64,000 nt of DNA from Vicugna vicugna (Eukaryota), in the NCBI GenBank assembly GCA_013265495.1, contig MU058636.1:9294239-9358238 (forward strand), written 5' to 3'. Under the pieces are notes generated by a model that saw only the letters and a list, made by a program, of their open reading frames with translations, was not told the origin of the DNA and ran no database searches. Shown here in pieces: positions 1 to 12,930 of this stretch (position 1 is its first letter; every line of letters begins with the position of its first letter). A program made the translations under genes and the position numbers.

Positions 1-1464
1 AGACCTGTGAATGGAACATAGAGCTCTGCTATCCTGAGGAACTTTCTGGATGGAGATCGTATCCAGGTTTCTGAACCTGAAAAGAAAGGAAAAAAAAAAC
101 ACTACCTTTCATGGAAGCCAAGAGGTCAGATCTGCACTTAAAAGGACACTGCAGTCTGAGGACACCTGGCTTTCCTGGGTGGTAGTAAGAAATGGGCCTC
201 CGATTCTCAGAGGGAATGAGGAGATTGTGGTACCAGTGGCCTGGATGCAGGGGTGGGGCATGTTAGGAAAATAGCCTTTGGTGGACCCAGTGGTGCTGCG
301 AAACCTCCAATAAAATAAGTTAGAGGTTCCAGCTAAACATGTCTCTGGTGATGACCCGAGATCCTTGACTCCTATGACCAGTGGGGTCTGAAAGACATGG
401 AAATACATAGAAACATGTAAGAATAAATGGATCAGCATAACGTATGATCTCAGATGCAACTCTGGATGTATGGTAAGCCAGACGCTTCTTGGATTTGGGA
501 AGATACAAAAGAAATATTTACTTTCATAATATCAGCAAGAATCACTGAGATTTGTTCTAGGAATACTAGGAATTAAAGGACAGATTCCAAGGGTTTTCTC
601 TGTCTCTTCTGTAGTTTTGATGACATGTAAGTAGTTACACAAATCCGTCATGCATTTGTTTACTCAGACCTTATTACCAACGTTCCCCACAGTTCGCCAG
701 TTCAGTCTAGCGCATTGCCTCTCCTCTTCCTGAATGAAGTGGAGCAAGTCCACTTGCACACCCTAAACCAGACTCCCATGCACATCTACACATGTAAATT
801 TCAACACGCATGAACACACGTTCATGTCCCTCCCAACCCAGGGTTATCTGGGGGGACGTAGGCTGGGAGGCAGGAAATAAGGATTCTAGTTGTGGCTCTC
901 TGGGTCATAAACTGGAAGACTTAAACTGCTTGTGATCCGGTTTCTTCATAGCAGGAGGAGTGGGACTAGAGTATCGAGCTATAAAAGCCTTTTCTTCCAA
1001 GAGGTTATAGAGAAAGGTGGGTAGAGTGGGAGGTTAGTGAATGGATCAGCATCTAAGGCATTTCTAAGCAAGAGAGAAGTGGAAATACAGACTACTCTTG
1101 GGAAACTTACATACAAACACTCACACAGTAACTTTAAGTCAAAGTATAAAATTTGGGGGCCTACTCCTTATTGGGTATTTTCAAGGATGACAATCAGCAA
1201 GGGCCATATCTCTCCTTCCATCAGTCTGATACCTCGGCCACCTCCATGGCTTCCCAAGATAACCCACCCCTCTTGGGGAGAGGGCTCCCCTAATCATTAT
1301 AAAATTCATTCTCTAGTTGAGATAAAGTCTGCCTGTTCTTGATTCTTTTCATTATTATTTAAATCCATTCTCTTCCAACCAGAATATGGAACAAGCAGGG
1401 AATGACAGTGCATGACAAAAGAGTTCCCCAAGTAGGCTGTGCGCACCCTTTTCAGTCACCAGGT

Positions 1465-2320
1465 GAATGCAAGCTAAAACCAGAATGAATTATCTCTACA
1501 CAAACATCAGAATGGCAGAAAGTTAAAAGTCCGAGCGTGAGCAGGGATGTGAAGCCACAGAAACTCTTGGATGTTGCCGGCTAGAATGTCAAATAACATA
1601 AGCACTGCGGAAAACTGTTTGACGATTTCTGCTAAAGCTAACGGAGGTCCATCTTATTATCTAGTAATTCACACCAAGAGAAAGAAGTTCGTATGTCCAC
1701 AAAAATCCACGCACTAGAATGTTCAGAGCAGTTTTATACACAATAGCTTCAAACTAGAAATAAGCCAAAAGCTCACCAACTGAAAAATTAATAGTAGCAT
1801 ATTTGTACAGTGGAAAACCACATAGTGATGAAGAGAGAAAAGCACTAAATACACAACAGCGTGAATATATCTGATAGAAATTAGGTTCCATGAAAAACGC
1901 CAGCCACAAAAAACCATCCTATGTGATTTCCGTTCTTTTGAAGTTCATGAAGTGCCAAGACGAGCACTTAGTTGAAGTCTCTTCTGAGCTGCTCCCCCAC
2001 AAGCTTGTGGAAGGAGGTGATTCCACCCACAGCAGCAAAGGGGTGGGGGTGGACCCTGCCCTCAAGTATCTTTGAATTGCAGGGGTGATCTGAGAAGCCT
2101 GGAGGACCAATGATGATAAAATTCAGAGTTGTGGTTCTCTGTGGAAGTGGGAGATGGACATTAGAGTGGGAAGGGGCATGGGGGAAACTCACGGGGTGCT
2201 GAAAATGTTCTGTACCTTGGTCCACCTAGTGATTACAGAAATACAGGCATGTGTAAAAATCATCAAACTGTGTTATTATTAATTCACCTTATGCAGTGTT
2301 TCTCTCTCAATAAAAAAAAT
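1465..2320 (+). mobile_element. Old LINE-1 (L1M, probably L1MD/L1ME-type) 3' fragment: end of ORF2 plus 3'UTR
   Basis: Degenerate L1 ORF2 C-terminal motifs (catcagaatggc, tatgtccacaaaaa, gaatgttcagagcagtttta). L1M 3'UTR motif ggggtgctgaaaatgttctgtacctt, ending in ctcaataaaaaaa. Confidence 0.8.
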
Positions 2321-4212
2321 AATAAGTAACCGTGAATAAAACAAACAAACAAACAAGACATGAGGTGTGGAGCAGGGAGGACCAGACCAGATATGGAAAT
2401 GAAGGTAGGGAGGGCTGTGTGCCTTGGGTCTGGAAAAGGCAAGGAGCTGGGGGCTGGAAATACTACACTGAACTAAACCAGAGCCACCCAAGATTCTGCA
2501 GATGATTCAGTGTTTGTCTATTCCTCTCTAGCATTTCATTCTGACTGAGGGACGAAGACGCTTAGCGTGGTCCTAAGGTGGGTTCCCTGGAAATGCGCTC
2601 TGAGATGGAGACTTTTGTGGAGGAGTTTTACCAGGGGGCATGTTTACGGTCATCACCAGCCAGGAAGTGACCAAAAAGCCAAACCATTCAGCCCTGTATA
2701 TATTTGTCTGCGTATATGTGTGTCAGACCATTTCTCTTTCTTCATAAAGAAGATGATCAGGGGTACTTCCCAAATATCTCTGGCAATTTGAAGGATTTGC
2801 CTTCACCTGTGTCTTTCAGCCCCACTTGGGAGTGGAGCAATCTGAGAACAAAGGTTTACTTTTGGCTCGTACCTACATACCAAGACCACGCATTCTTAAA
2901 CCAAGCCTGGTTTTTCTCCCTCCTCTGTCAGCTGGGGACCCACATAGGCAGCAATGGACGTGAGCTGCCAGAGAGGCAGTGATGTAATAGGAGAGGATGA
3001 CGTGAGGGTCAGGACCCCTGACTTATCCCCTCTGGCTCTGGCCCAAGTCCAGAAACTGGGCAAGGGATCATAACTCTTTATTGAGGCAGCTGCCTCAGTC
3101 TCTTGATCTTTCTCCTCAATTTCTTTTGGTTTTATAGCTTCACCAGTAAACTTGTTCTTGGTCCATCTATCTCGTCTGTAGGGTTTCCATTTACAATTAC
3201 CACCTCTGTAGCTCTCTGTGGGTCACACCACCCCTACCCTCCAGTTGCCACTTGACCTAAATACTTATTATGATAAATTTATTCACTTGCTTTTGGGCGT
3301 TAAGTACCACCAACTGGCTTCCATGGTTTCAGGATCTTATCATCCTCATTCAATCAGGGATTCCGTTGTGCAACAGCCATCTCTTACCATCAGCCAGGCC
3401 TGTAGAAGACAGGCACCAGTGAGCTGCTCAGTGAGGCTGGCTTCCTCCAGGCCCTCCCATGGTACATGGTCAATGGGGGGCTTCCGCTCTTACGTGGTAC
3501 ATTCTCTCTCCCATACCTCCTTCCCTGAGCCTTTTGATTCCTTCCACCCCGTTTGCCAAAGTCATTCTGGCGTGTCTACTTCATTTAGGATAAGCCATCA
3601 CTGACCCTGGGCTTTCAAGGGCCATCCTACTCACAGAGTGAGGTCTTTGCCAGGGTGTTACACTGCATCTCAGGAGAACTCGCCCACACTGATGAACTCT
3701 GTCTTACCTAATTTGATATTCTGCCTTCTTTGTCTCTAGCCCCACAGCACTGTCTCAGCTCCTGTCTCCCTCTGGGTCCCAGAGCTTCCTCGGGGATGGT
3801 CTGTTTTCTCTCTTACGAGGGTCAGCTCTTACCTCGCTGGGTCAGTGCTGCGAGGCAGATGCTTCTGCATTGTCTTCAAAGGGTGAGGAGGGGCGCTCCC
3901 CTTTCAGAGGAAGGAATTGGCCACTTCCGCAGACCCAGCGAATTCAGGATGACCTGGGGTTTCAAGGTTCTTGAGTGTATTGACCCAGATCTCCCCATCC
4001 AGAATCTCAGCCTCGTCATCCTTCCTAACAAGGCCCTGACCTTGGCTTAGCAGACTTGGGGGGGGGGTGAGAATTCATTAATCTCTGGAGTCCTGAGACT
4101 GTTCCTCAGTTTTTCCTGTACCCTAGATGTAGAGGAGATGAGAGTCTTTTTATATGCAATATACGAGGCCCTCTGCCTTTGACAATTCACCTTACATTAG
4201 TGATTAATCACT

Positions 4213-4657
4213 CGGGTGGTTTTAAACATCAGCACATTTTGACGTACCTGCCGGCCTTTGGGACTCCCTTCTAACAAATAAAATGTGGTTGAATTGACAA
4301 TTGACGCTGCATGACCTCTGAAGCCGAGCCAGAGAGAGCAACACAGCTTCCACCCGACTCTTTCCTCCTTTGGCGCTTTTGCCCCTGGAGCCCAGCAACC
4401 ACGCTGTGAGGAGGCCGAGCAGCTGCACGGAAGGGCCGCGTGGAGCCGCTCCGGCTGACGCCGCACGGGACCTGCGCCCGCACGAGTCCTCACGTGATTC
4501 CAGCCTCTAGCGTTTCCATCTGTTGCTGAGAGGAAGGGAGATGTGCTGTCTTGGCTGGGCCCTGCCCCAGTTGCAGGTTTGTGAACAAAATAAATACTGT
4601 CCTTGTTGCCACTAAGTGTTAAGTTGGTTTGTTACAGAGCACTAGGTACCAGGACCA
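4213..4657 (+). mobile_element. MaLR solo LTR (MLT1F/MLT1G-like) nested in the ERVL gag remnant
   Basis: MLT1 motifs ggagcccagcaaccacgctgtgaggaggcc and the 3' end aataaa...gccactaagt...gttggtttgttacagagca. Near-perfect 5-bp TSD tcact (4208-4212) / tcacc (4658-4662). Confidence 0.8.
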
Positions 4658-4957
4658 TCACCCTCAACCTTCCGTTGTCTTTCTGCAGGTCACAGGTGTC
4701 TTTCTGCAGGACACTGGTGGTGCTGAGTAACTGCCATCCTGTTCTGCACTCTTTATAATGACTGCTTCTCTTATATGTTTCAACCACTTGAGACATTACA
4801 CCAGCCGGCATCTTCTCTTGCATGGGTACTTCTTCCCAGTTCTCCTTTGATGAAAGTCTTAGCAAACTGCACATCCACAGCACAGAGATGCCAAGGACTA
4901 TGTGGGCGCCGCCTACCACTGATGAAGGGGTCCTCACTGTCATCGAAAATCTCATTT

Positions 4958-5108
4958 ATTTTTCTAAATTTTTTTTCTTTTTTTGGGGGGGGGTGATTAG
5001 GTTGGTTGGTTGGTTTGTTTGTGTGTTTGGATGGAGGTACTGGGGATTGAACCCAGGACCTCATGCACACTAAGCGCTCACTCTACCACCGAGCTATACC
5101 CTCCCCCC
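4958..5108 (-). mobile_element. tRNA-Ala-derived SINE, vic-1 (camelid) type
   Basis: Reverse complement reads GGGGAGGGTATAGCTCGGTGGTAGAGTGAGCGCTTAGTGTGCATGAGGTCCTGGGTTCAATCCCCAGTACCTCCA, with Pol III A and B boxes and an A-rich tail. Degenerate TSD aaaatctcattt / aaagtctcacttt. Confidence 0.85.
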
Positions 5109-5765
5109 AAAGTCTCACTTTCAATTCTGCTTTCTGGAACCTCTCCACCACCACTTGTCACAGGTCTCTGGAAATGGGCATTGTCTGAGAAGGAAATCTG
5201 TATACAGGGTATTTACTGGGGAACTGCACTCAGAAATAATACTTGTATGGAAATACTAGAAGCAAGATTGGGTAAAGGTAGAAGTTGATCTGTGATAGAG
5301 ATTCAAATTAGACCTTGGAAGGTAACATAAGGTGGTCTGCAGCTGGGATGGCCATTTCTAAGTGTCCCAAATTCAGGATAGCGAGCTAAGCCTTTCACTT
5401 TTACAAGCAGAGAGCATGACCTCGGGTGAAGCACTTCCCAGAGGGCATCCCCAGGCGGGAATGCAGGAGCCAACACTCCCCAAAGTCTCGGGAATGAATC
5501 CCAGGTTGGCTTCGGTAGAGAAGACCTGGGTGATGCACCAGGGTTTCTAGTCCAAAGTCTGGGTGACTCTGGGTTGGAGAGAGTGATGGGGGCTGAAATC
5601 GTGACAACAGGAAGCTAAGGAATCTTCAGGACAAGGTGAGAGGAAGCAGTGAGATCACGCAATCTATACCTGATCGGGTCATCCCAGATCATGGAACCCC
5701 ATGTAAGTAAATCAAACAGAGACCAGACAAATGTGCTTTATTTCCTGCCCGCCAATGAGTGCTCA

Positions 5766-5806
5766 TACACACACACACACGCACGTACACACACACATAT
5801 ATATAT
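5766..5806. repeat. (CA)n/(TA)n compound microsatellite
   Basis: Interrupted CA run followed by a TA run, read directly. Confidence 0.9.
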
Positions 5807-6597
5807 AAAATTATTGCTTTAATTTACTCAATCTTGTACTCTGGTAATGCACAAGTGCCCTCTGAGCATGCTCGAGAATCATTTATCACATCATTTTTAG
5901 AGTCAACTCCTTGAGGACATTTTCTTTAATATCTTTCCTGACTTTCCTTTAATTCAGCAGCCGTCCACTAATTCCTTTTTATCCTACCCCCAATGCCCCA
6001 AATATTTTCATGTTGCCTTGAAATATTTATCTTGGACCAGTTTCCAATCTTGCTTGATTCATCTCATCTTGCTTCAAGGGGAGGTTTCCTTTGATGTTAA
6101 TAGTAAATTGCTTTTTTGAAGGGCTACATGTGGTTATTTAAGAGGATAAGAAAGAATCTTGATCAGATCACTCAGTCCGGCTGTCAAGTCTTTCATTCTT
6201 TTAAACTTATCTCCATAGAGTTCCTTTAGACCCTCTGACCAAATGGATATATTTTCCATTTTGGAGGGAAAAGAGTTTTTGGTTTTTCTGCCACTTTTTG
6301 AAAAAACTGTCCTCATTGTGGAGTGGCACCACGGCCCCAAATATCTGCATTAAAAATGCATCTCTTAAGAGAATTTTCTTCCACATTGCTTCCAATTTAG
6401 TGAAAAAGCAAGAGGTAGATTCTGACTTTCAGCTCTATTTTAAATGCCTTCTTTATGTGTCTCTCTCTCTATATATATTTTAAACAATTTTCAACCCATG
6501 TTTTGGTACCTTCTGCAAATATCACCTTCTCTTGTAAAACTTCTCTTTGTCTCTCCAGGCAGGGTTAGTCAGATTTTCTTCCGGACACTCACACTGG

Positions 6598-6880
6598 TTT
6601 ATTCATTCATTCATTCATTCCACAGTTGCTAACTGAAGTCTACTATATGTCAGGAATTGTACTGAATTCAGAAGATAGATATAAGAAAATCCCTGCTTTC
6701 TTAGACCAGTGGAAGAAAGAAAGACAGAAATAGTGATTATAATACAGTGCCAGGATGCTACAGAAAAGAACAAGAAGATTCTGTTTGGACTGAGTCTTAA
6801 AGGATGCATGAGGGTTTCCCAGTTGGGGATGGATGGATGTTTTGGGGGAAGGAGGAATCAGCCTGAACAGAGGCAGACTT
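6598..6880 (-). mobile_element. LINE-2 3' end fragment
   Basis: (attc)n tail followed by ctactatatgtcagg, typical of an L2 3' terminus in reverse orientation. Confidence 0.65.
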
Positions 6881-7451
6881 CTTTAAGAGAATCCCACTTA
6901 GTTAGGAAAGGCTAATGCACCACACATACAGAGGAAAGGGCTGTCAGGAGGACTGGAAGACAAATCTGTGCTGAGTCACGGGAGAAGTCACTGATAGTTT
7001 ATCCCGATGGGAGTCATGCGATCACCCTTGTGTATTATTTTACTATAAAAGAGTTAAATGCCAAATAAAGTAAGAATAGTTTGCCTAAAGAAAAAAATTA
7101 AAATATTGGATAAGCAAGCAAAAACTGAGTAACATTTATAAAGAATAAAATATATACATTGAATATTCTTAATATAGAAGTAGTTCTTAAAATCAGTTAG
7201 GAAAACCACTAGCATTCCAATAGTGGGCAAAGGAAACATATAAACAATTCACAAAAGAAAACATTAACTGTATTTTTCTCTATAGGATGTAATTAATGGG
7301 TTATTTTAATTTTCTCTGTTTATCTGTACTCTTCCAAATTACCTAAAATGATTATATGTTACTTTTAAAATTATTTGTTAATGGTAAAGAAAATAATTTA
7401 TAAGATCCTCTGGTAAAACTGGATGAATTTGAAGACAGTCAGATGAAGGAG

Positions 7452-7794
7452 TGCCTTAGTTCAAGCTGCTGTAACAGAATGTCACAGACTGGGTGGTTTA
7501 AACAATGGACATTTACTCCTCATTGCTCTGAAATCTGAAGTCGAGATCCAGCGCCAGCATGGCCAAGTTCTCGGCGAGGACTCCCTTCCTGGTTTGCAGC
7601 TGGTGTTTTCTTGCTGTGTTCTCACTAGCCTGAGGGAGAGATCATCTCTCATAAGGGCACGAATCCCACCATAAGGGCTTCCACCCTTGTGACCTAATTG
7701 CCTCTGCAAAACCCCACCTCCTAGTACTATCATATGTGGGATTAGAGCTTCTACATATGAATTTGGGGGGAACACAGATCCTCAGTGAACAGCA
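7452..7794 (-). mobile_element. MaLR solo LTR, MLT1A-like
   Basis: TG...CA termini with perfect 5-bp TSD aggag (7447-7451 / 7795-7799). Motifs gctgctgtaacaga, gactgggtggtttaaacaa, atatgaatttggggggaacaca. Confidence 0.9.
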
Positions 7795-10129
7795 AGGAGT
7801 GAACTACATCACAAAGTAAAGAGGGTCTGAAAAAAGGCAGTGTGTGCAGAACGAAGGAGAACTGAACTCAAGAAATACTTAGAAAGAAAATAAATAAGAC
7901 ACAGTGATTAATGATATTCTGAAGCTGGATATACGAATTTGGGCTTCGGAAGAAAGAGTAGAGATTTATCAGGACTGTTGTCCTCAATGATCTTAACATG
8001 ACCTATCTGTATAGGAGATACATCCAAAATCCAGAATATCATTCCTAGAACTGAATTGGGAGTTACGTGATTACAGAAACTCACAATAGATGTGATTAGA
8101 TGAATGTTTCCTATGAGATGTTAATTAATGTTACAAGATGGAAGAGTTCCCTGGACAGGAGCTTTGGGAAACACTAGGTTAGCAGGCGTCTACAGGAATA
8201 TTTATGGGATAGAGTTTTTCCAAGTGTCTGTTATACTGAAGTGTACTGTGAGTCACCAGTAGTGGCATGGAGTGTGCAGTGTTTCTGGTTTAACAATGGA
8301 CAATTTTTTTTCAGAATATCTCTGGAACAAATGTTCTGTGGTACCAATTGGAAACCACAGATTAAACATTTGCATAATTATTTTAAATACAAGATATACA
8401 TTCTGACTAGGAAGGAAGGAAGGATGACTCAAGGAGCATCTACCCAGTGTACATGGTAGTAACAAATATAAAAAAGATTTATGTCAAGAGACACACAGTT
8501 GTCAACAATAAAGTACAGAAACACAGATAAAAGGAGAATGGTTAATAATTCTCTTAGAGCAAAGAACGGGGTGACCTCCCCTATGGACTTGCTCATCTCT
8601 GGAAGGAATTTCCTGCTGTGGCGATGGATATACTATCAGGCTATCCCATTAATTAAACTTTAGAGTCAGCATGTGGCAATATTTCTCTTAATAAATTAAC
8701 AAATTAGCATTCTGCTTACACTGCAGCACGAAGCATCCTGCATGATTAGGTCAACTTGAGCCTGATGAACTCTGAGGGACTGAAAATTGAGTTTCTGGGT
8801 TTATGTAAGCTGAGGGTCAAATCATCAAGCATGGTCAATACTCCAAGACAATTCAGCTTACTCTTCTCCGCCAGCCCCCTCTACTTACCCACAGACCTTC
8901 TTTTAAACTTCAACGCCTTTTGGGGGCTCGAGCTTTTCCATTTTGGTATCACCACTTTGTAGATGAGCGACAGACACATAAGTGGTCTCAGAACATAGCA
9001 CTTCAATTTTTTGGAAAGTTGCAGCCAGAATAATTGTCATTTTTGCTTTCTGAGCCCAGTGACAAAGAGGTAGATCTCTCAAATGATGGAGGGATCAAAC
9101 AGGGAAGCATTTGACTCAGTGGTTCTTTTCAACGTGGTGTTTCTTGGCTAGTTCCATGAAGACTCCTATTCCTGGGCCATACCTGAGTCACGGTGTGAGT
9201 TCTAGATAAATAACGAGGCAGTCCTTCAATCTTGAAATGGTCTTTGATTTGCCTTCTACTATTTTTCACTCTGTCCACAGGTACAGGCAGCCAAGTGCAG
9301 GAAGAAGGACGTTGCACCTGCCATTCTTCCAAACTCTTGGTTTAACTATTGTCCCAAGGAATGGACGATGGATGTGTCATTTTCTGGGCTTGCTGTAATC
9401 TTTCTAAGGAGAGCTGATTTCATGGTTTTCTAGTTTGCATTCTCCTTGTATTGTCTGTTAGGAGGAGAAAATGGCGATTTGTTCTTTTCAAAATAGAACA
9501 TGAATGGCTCTATGCTTTAAATAGGCTTATAAATAGGTATATTCCAGTTGGTAAATGTTTCCTGCTTTGAGTGACAATCCATGCCACCTCGTCCTCATTC
9601 AAATAGCAGGAGGAAAGGAGAGAACTCGGTGGGTGGGGAACGGATGATGCATCAAATATTAAAAAGCTGAGGTCGAAGCATTGCTGTTTATTACCGTCAT
9701 GTTTCACAGAATATATGAGCCATTAAAATTCCAATACTGTACCATATTATTGTGATAAAGGTTGTAGTGGGAACATGGAATGACAGCACATGAATCTGTC
9801 CTAATAGCACTGGTGGTAACATGAGCAAGGCACAAACAAAGCCCATTCCAATTATAACACTGAAATGAGCATCTGATGCTTTCGGTTGGAAACCCCAGCC
9901 ATGCAAGACCCCAGCCATATAACAACGTGAGTACAAGTAACATCAGGATGGTGAACAATGCCGTGTTTTAATGGACAGTTTGTTGGGGTGATTAATCATT
10001 CTTAATCCTGCAACATGATAACCACTTATAACCTGCTTTTGCGCGGTTTTAAATGCATCTCTTCCCTTGCTTGTCTTCACGAAGCAAGAATAGTTTTATG
10101 CTACAGCCCATAAGAGCTCGTCAGATGCT

Positions 10130-10290
10130 GGTGTTATCCGTACAATCCTTGTATTACTTACTCTTTCTGCATCTCGGTTTCTTCATCTGTCACATGAGAG
10201 AAAAAATACACCTGTATCAGAGGGTGACTATGACATGAAATATAGAGCATTGAGTTCTAAAATACAGTGCTCGAAAGATCAGCTGTTGCT
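10130..10290 (+). mobile_element. MIR SINE fragment
   Basis: MIR core-like ctctttctgcatctcggtttcttcatctgtcacatgag. Confidence 0.55.
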
Positions 10291-10949
10291 GTTAGTAACA
10301 GGAATCATAGTGTCATTGGAGAAACGTTTTCCCTGCTCGGTAGGAAATTTCAAGGCAGTGTCACATGGTCACAGCTCACTCAGCAGTAAGGTTTACCCTT
10401 CACACCAACAGCATCCATTGAGGTGTCCTAATCGCCCATCCTTATTTGAGAGGAAGGGGTTTATAAGCACCCTGGCATATCCGAGAGGGACTATCCATGT
10501 GGGAATAAGTCAGATGGTGGGGCTGAGCAAGTTTTCTGAGCTCAGTTAAGGACAAGTCCAAAAAAGGTAGTGGAGAGGCAATGTACTGACGCCTGAAGCT
10601 TGGTGGTCTTAAGTGGGCAACAAACCAGGAAAGGGAGAGAAGCCAAAAGAGTGTGTGAATCAAGCTGAAACTCCTCTAGGTATTTTACCCAGAAGGGATC
10701 TAAAACTGGCAAGTGGGTGCTGACACAGTTTTTGGAGGCATGCAAAGTGTAGGCTGTAGGTTGCTCCTCCAGGAACAATTCCTAGAAAATCACCACTGAA
10801 CTGGTCTACAGGCAGAGCTGTGACTTTTATCCCAATCAGGAAGATGGGAAATTTAGAAGGCACCGCTGGAATTTTAAGAATATTCCACATTTGCTAGCAG
10901 TCCAGGGGTCATCTGTTAGCAGAGGTACAGAATAGTACAATCTGTCTAG

Positions 10950-12330
10950 GGGAAATCTGGCACATTTAACAACGATTAAGTATGCATTTCATTGACTCAG
11001 CAATTTTGCTTCCAAGGATTTATTCTACAAATGCAGAAGTGTGAAAAGACCTATGTGCAAGATTTTGCACCCTGCTATTGTACAGAAAAATTGCATGTAC
11101 AGACGAGTTGTTTAATAAAACATCCATAAAATGAAATACTATGCATCATTTTTTTTTTAATGAGGATGTTCTCGAAACACTGATTTGGGAAATCTCCAAG
11201 ATATATATTACAAGGAAAAAGCATGGTGTTTAGGCAAAGTACTAAAAGTGAGTCTGGAACATCGAGTTGTACCTGAAAGCAAGACAGCACTCAAAGATGA
11301 ATGGAAACAGGTGAAACGAATGAGGACCAGGCCAAATCTGAAACATCAAAGTTTTGAGCATCAAAAAGGATACTGATGGTGACTGAAGGTAATACATAGG
11401 GTTTGCAAAAAGTCCATGAGACAAAAATGATACTAAATTAAAAAGTGTGTCTGTTAAGAGGAAGTTCTTACTGAGAATTTCAGCTAATAAATGTAGGGAA
11501 AATGATAGAATTAGAAAATTCCTATTTACAACTTCAATGCAATAATTGACTCAGACAAGGATCATCAATAGATAGTAAGAACTATTGGGTGAAAGGGTGT
11601 GTGAAAGAAGGTAACCACAGAGCCTTAAGGAACATGTTACAAAGGGGAACGTTTCCTTAACAATGGAGACATTTGGTGAACAGACCTCAACCAAAGTAAT
11701 CAAATGTAGCACCATCAATAAGGGAAGAGGCTGAGCAATTCAGTGCCTCCGGACATGCAGCAGTGGGAAGGACATCTCATCGCCTACACAGAAATCTTCC
11801 CAGAAGAGAGTGTCCTCAGCGTACAAGTAGAACAGACCACGAGTCCAGGTGGTGAGATGGTCTGTGCAGCAAATGGCCTGGATGCTTCAAAACTGTTAGT
11901 AACCAGACGCGTTAAGGAAAATTCCAGGCAACTTTCCTAGGTTAAAGGACATTTAAGAAACATGGAAATTAAATGCAATTTGCAATTTCCCAAATTAGAA
12001 AAAAGTACACAATTACAGAGGACATTATTGGCACAACTGGGGAAACTTACCTATGGACTGCAGATTAGATGTTCCTGAGTCAGTGTTAAGTTTGCAAGGT
12101 GTAAAAAACATTTTGGTTACTTAGAAGTTACACACTGAAGTATTTAGGAATTACATTCACAACTTACTTTTATAGGGGTCAGCAAAACAACAATAAAAAA
12201 GGTGGACAGAGAGAAAAATGTAGAGGTGGAAAAATGTTAAAAATTGAAAAATCTAAATCAAGTATATGTTAGTGTTTATTGAAATATTCCTTTTGATTTT
12301 TCCCATTGTTTTGAAATTCTTCAAAATAGA
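10950..12330 (+). mobile_element. Old LINE-1 fragments (ORF2 end plus L1MC4-like 3'UTR)
   Basis: gactcagcaattttgcttccaagg (ORF2 end), then aataaatgtagggaaaatgatagaattagaaaat...ataattgactcagacaaggatcatcaat, recalled as L1MC4/MER42 3'UTR. May be more than one element. Confidence 0.65.
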
Positions 12331-12749
12331 GACAGAGCAATGTGAATTTTAAAATGTGACCTTTTATAAACATGACCTTATGTAAGTTTTAAATTACAAA
12401 ACAAATGTTTAAAAATAAGTAATAAATAAATAAATTTTTAAAAATAGATAAAAATGGAAAAATTAAAATATGACCTTTTTCCAAAGTAAATGGAACAGCG
12501 AATCTGGGATGTCACCTCCATGGCAGAAATAAAGAGGAACAAAAATATTCATATTTGCATAAAGAAACCTTGGGAAGGTAAATTTTAAAATCCAACAAAG
12601 TGTTTTCAATAGGGAGGAGAGAAGAGGGTGGGAACCATGCTCTCAGTTTATGACTTTTTATATTGTTTTGCTTCTTTATTTAAATATAATATCTATTAAA
12701 AACCATAAAATTGAATAAAAATGCAATAAAACATAGATGAACAAAGACT

Positions 12750-12930
12750 CCTATGTCAGGTTTCTTGGAATCAACCCATGTTCTACTACCTACTAGCTTA
12801 CCGTCGCTTTTGGTGAATTCCTGAACTCGCAATGCCTCAGTTGTCTTATCGGTAAAATGAACGTATCAGTAGCACCTCTCCGCTAGAGCCGTTGTGAGCT
12901 TCGAAGTCCTCTGAACATGCCTGGTGTTCA
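12750..12930 (+). mobile_element. MIR SINE fragment
   Basis: MIR core gcctcagttgtcttatcggtaaaatga...agtagcacct...gttgtgag. Confidence 0.6.

Larger units (their letters stand above)
2567..5550 (-). mobile_element. Decayed, internally deleted ERVL-class provirus (5' LTR ~5156-5550, gag remnants, 3' LTR stub ~2567-2640)
   Basis: Minus-strand translation of ~3661-3729 gives RRQNIKLGKTEFISVGEFS*DAV, similar to ERV-L gag GGRNIKLDQAEFIDMGPLSRDSAF as recalled. ORF 4632-4955 contains YKECRTGWQLLS...LQKDNGRLR, resembling the ERV-L gag N-terminus. Two related LTR-end sequences start at ~2567 and 5156 (LTR33/LTR16-like). Confidence 0.7.

Noticed and set aside
9697..9958. Hydrophobic overlapping ORFs suggesting a GPCR pseudogene or NUMT
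   Set aside because: No olfactory/taste receptor signature motifs or mitochondrial protein similarity recognised. T-rich strands naturally give hydrophobic translations.
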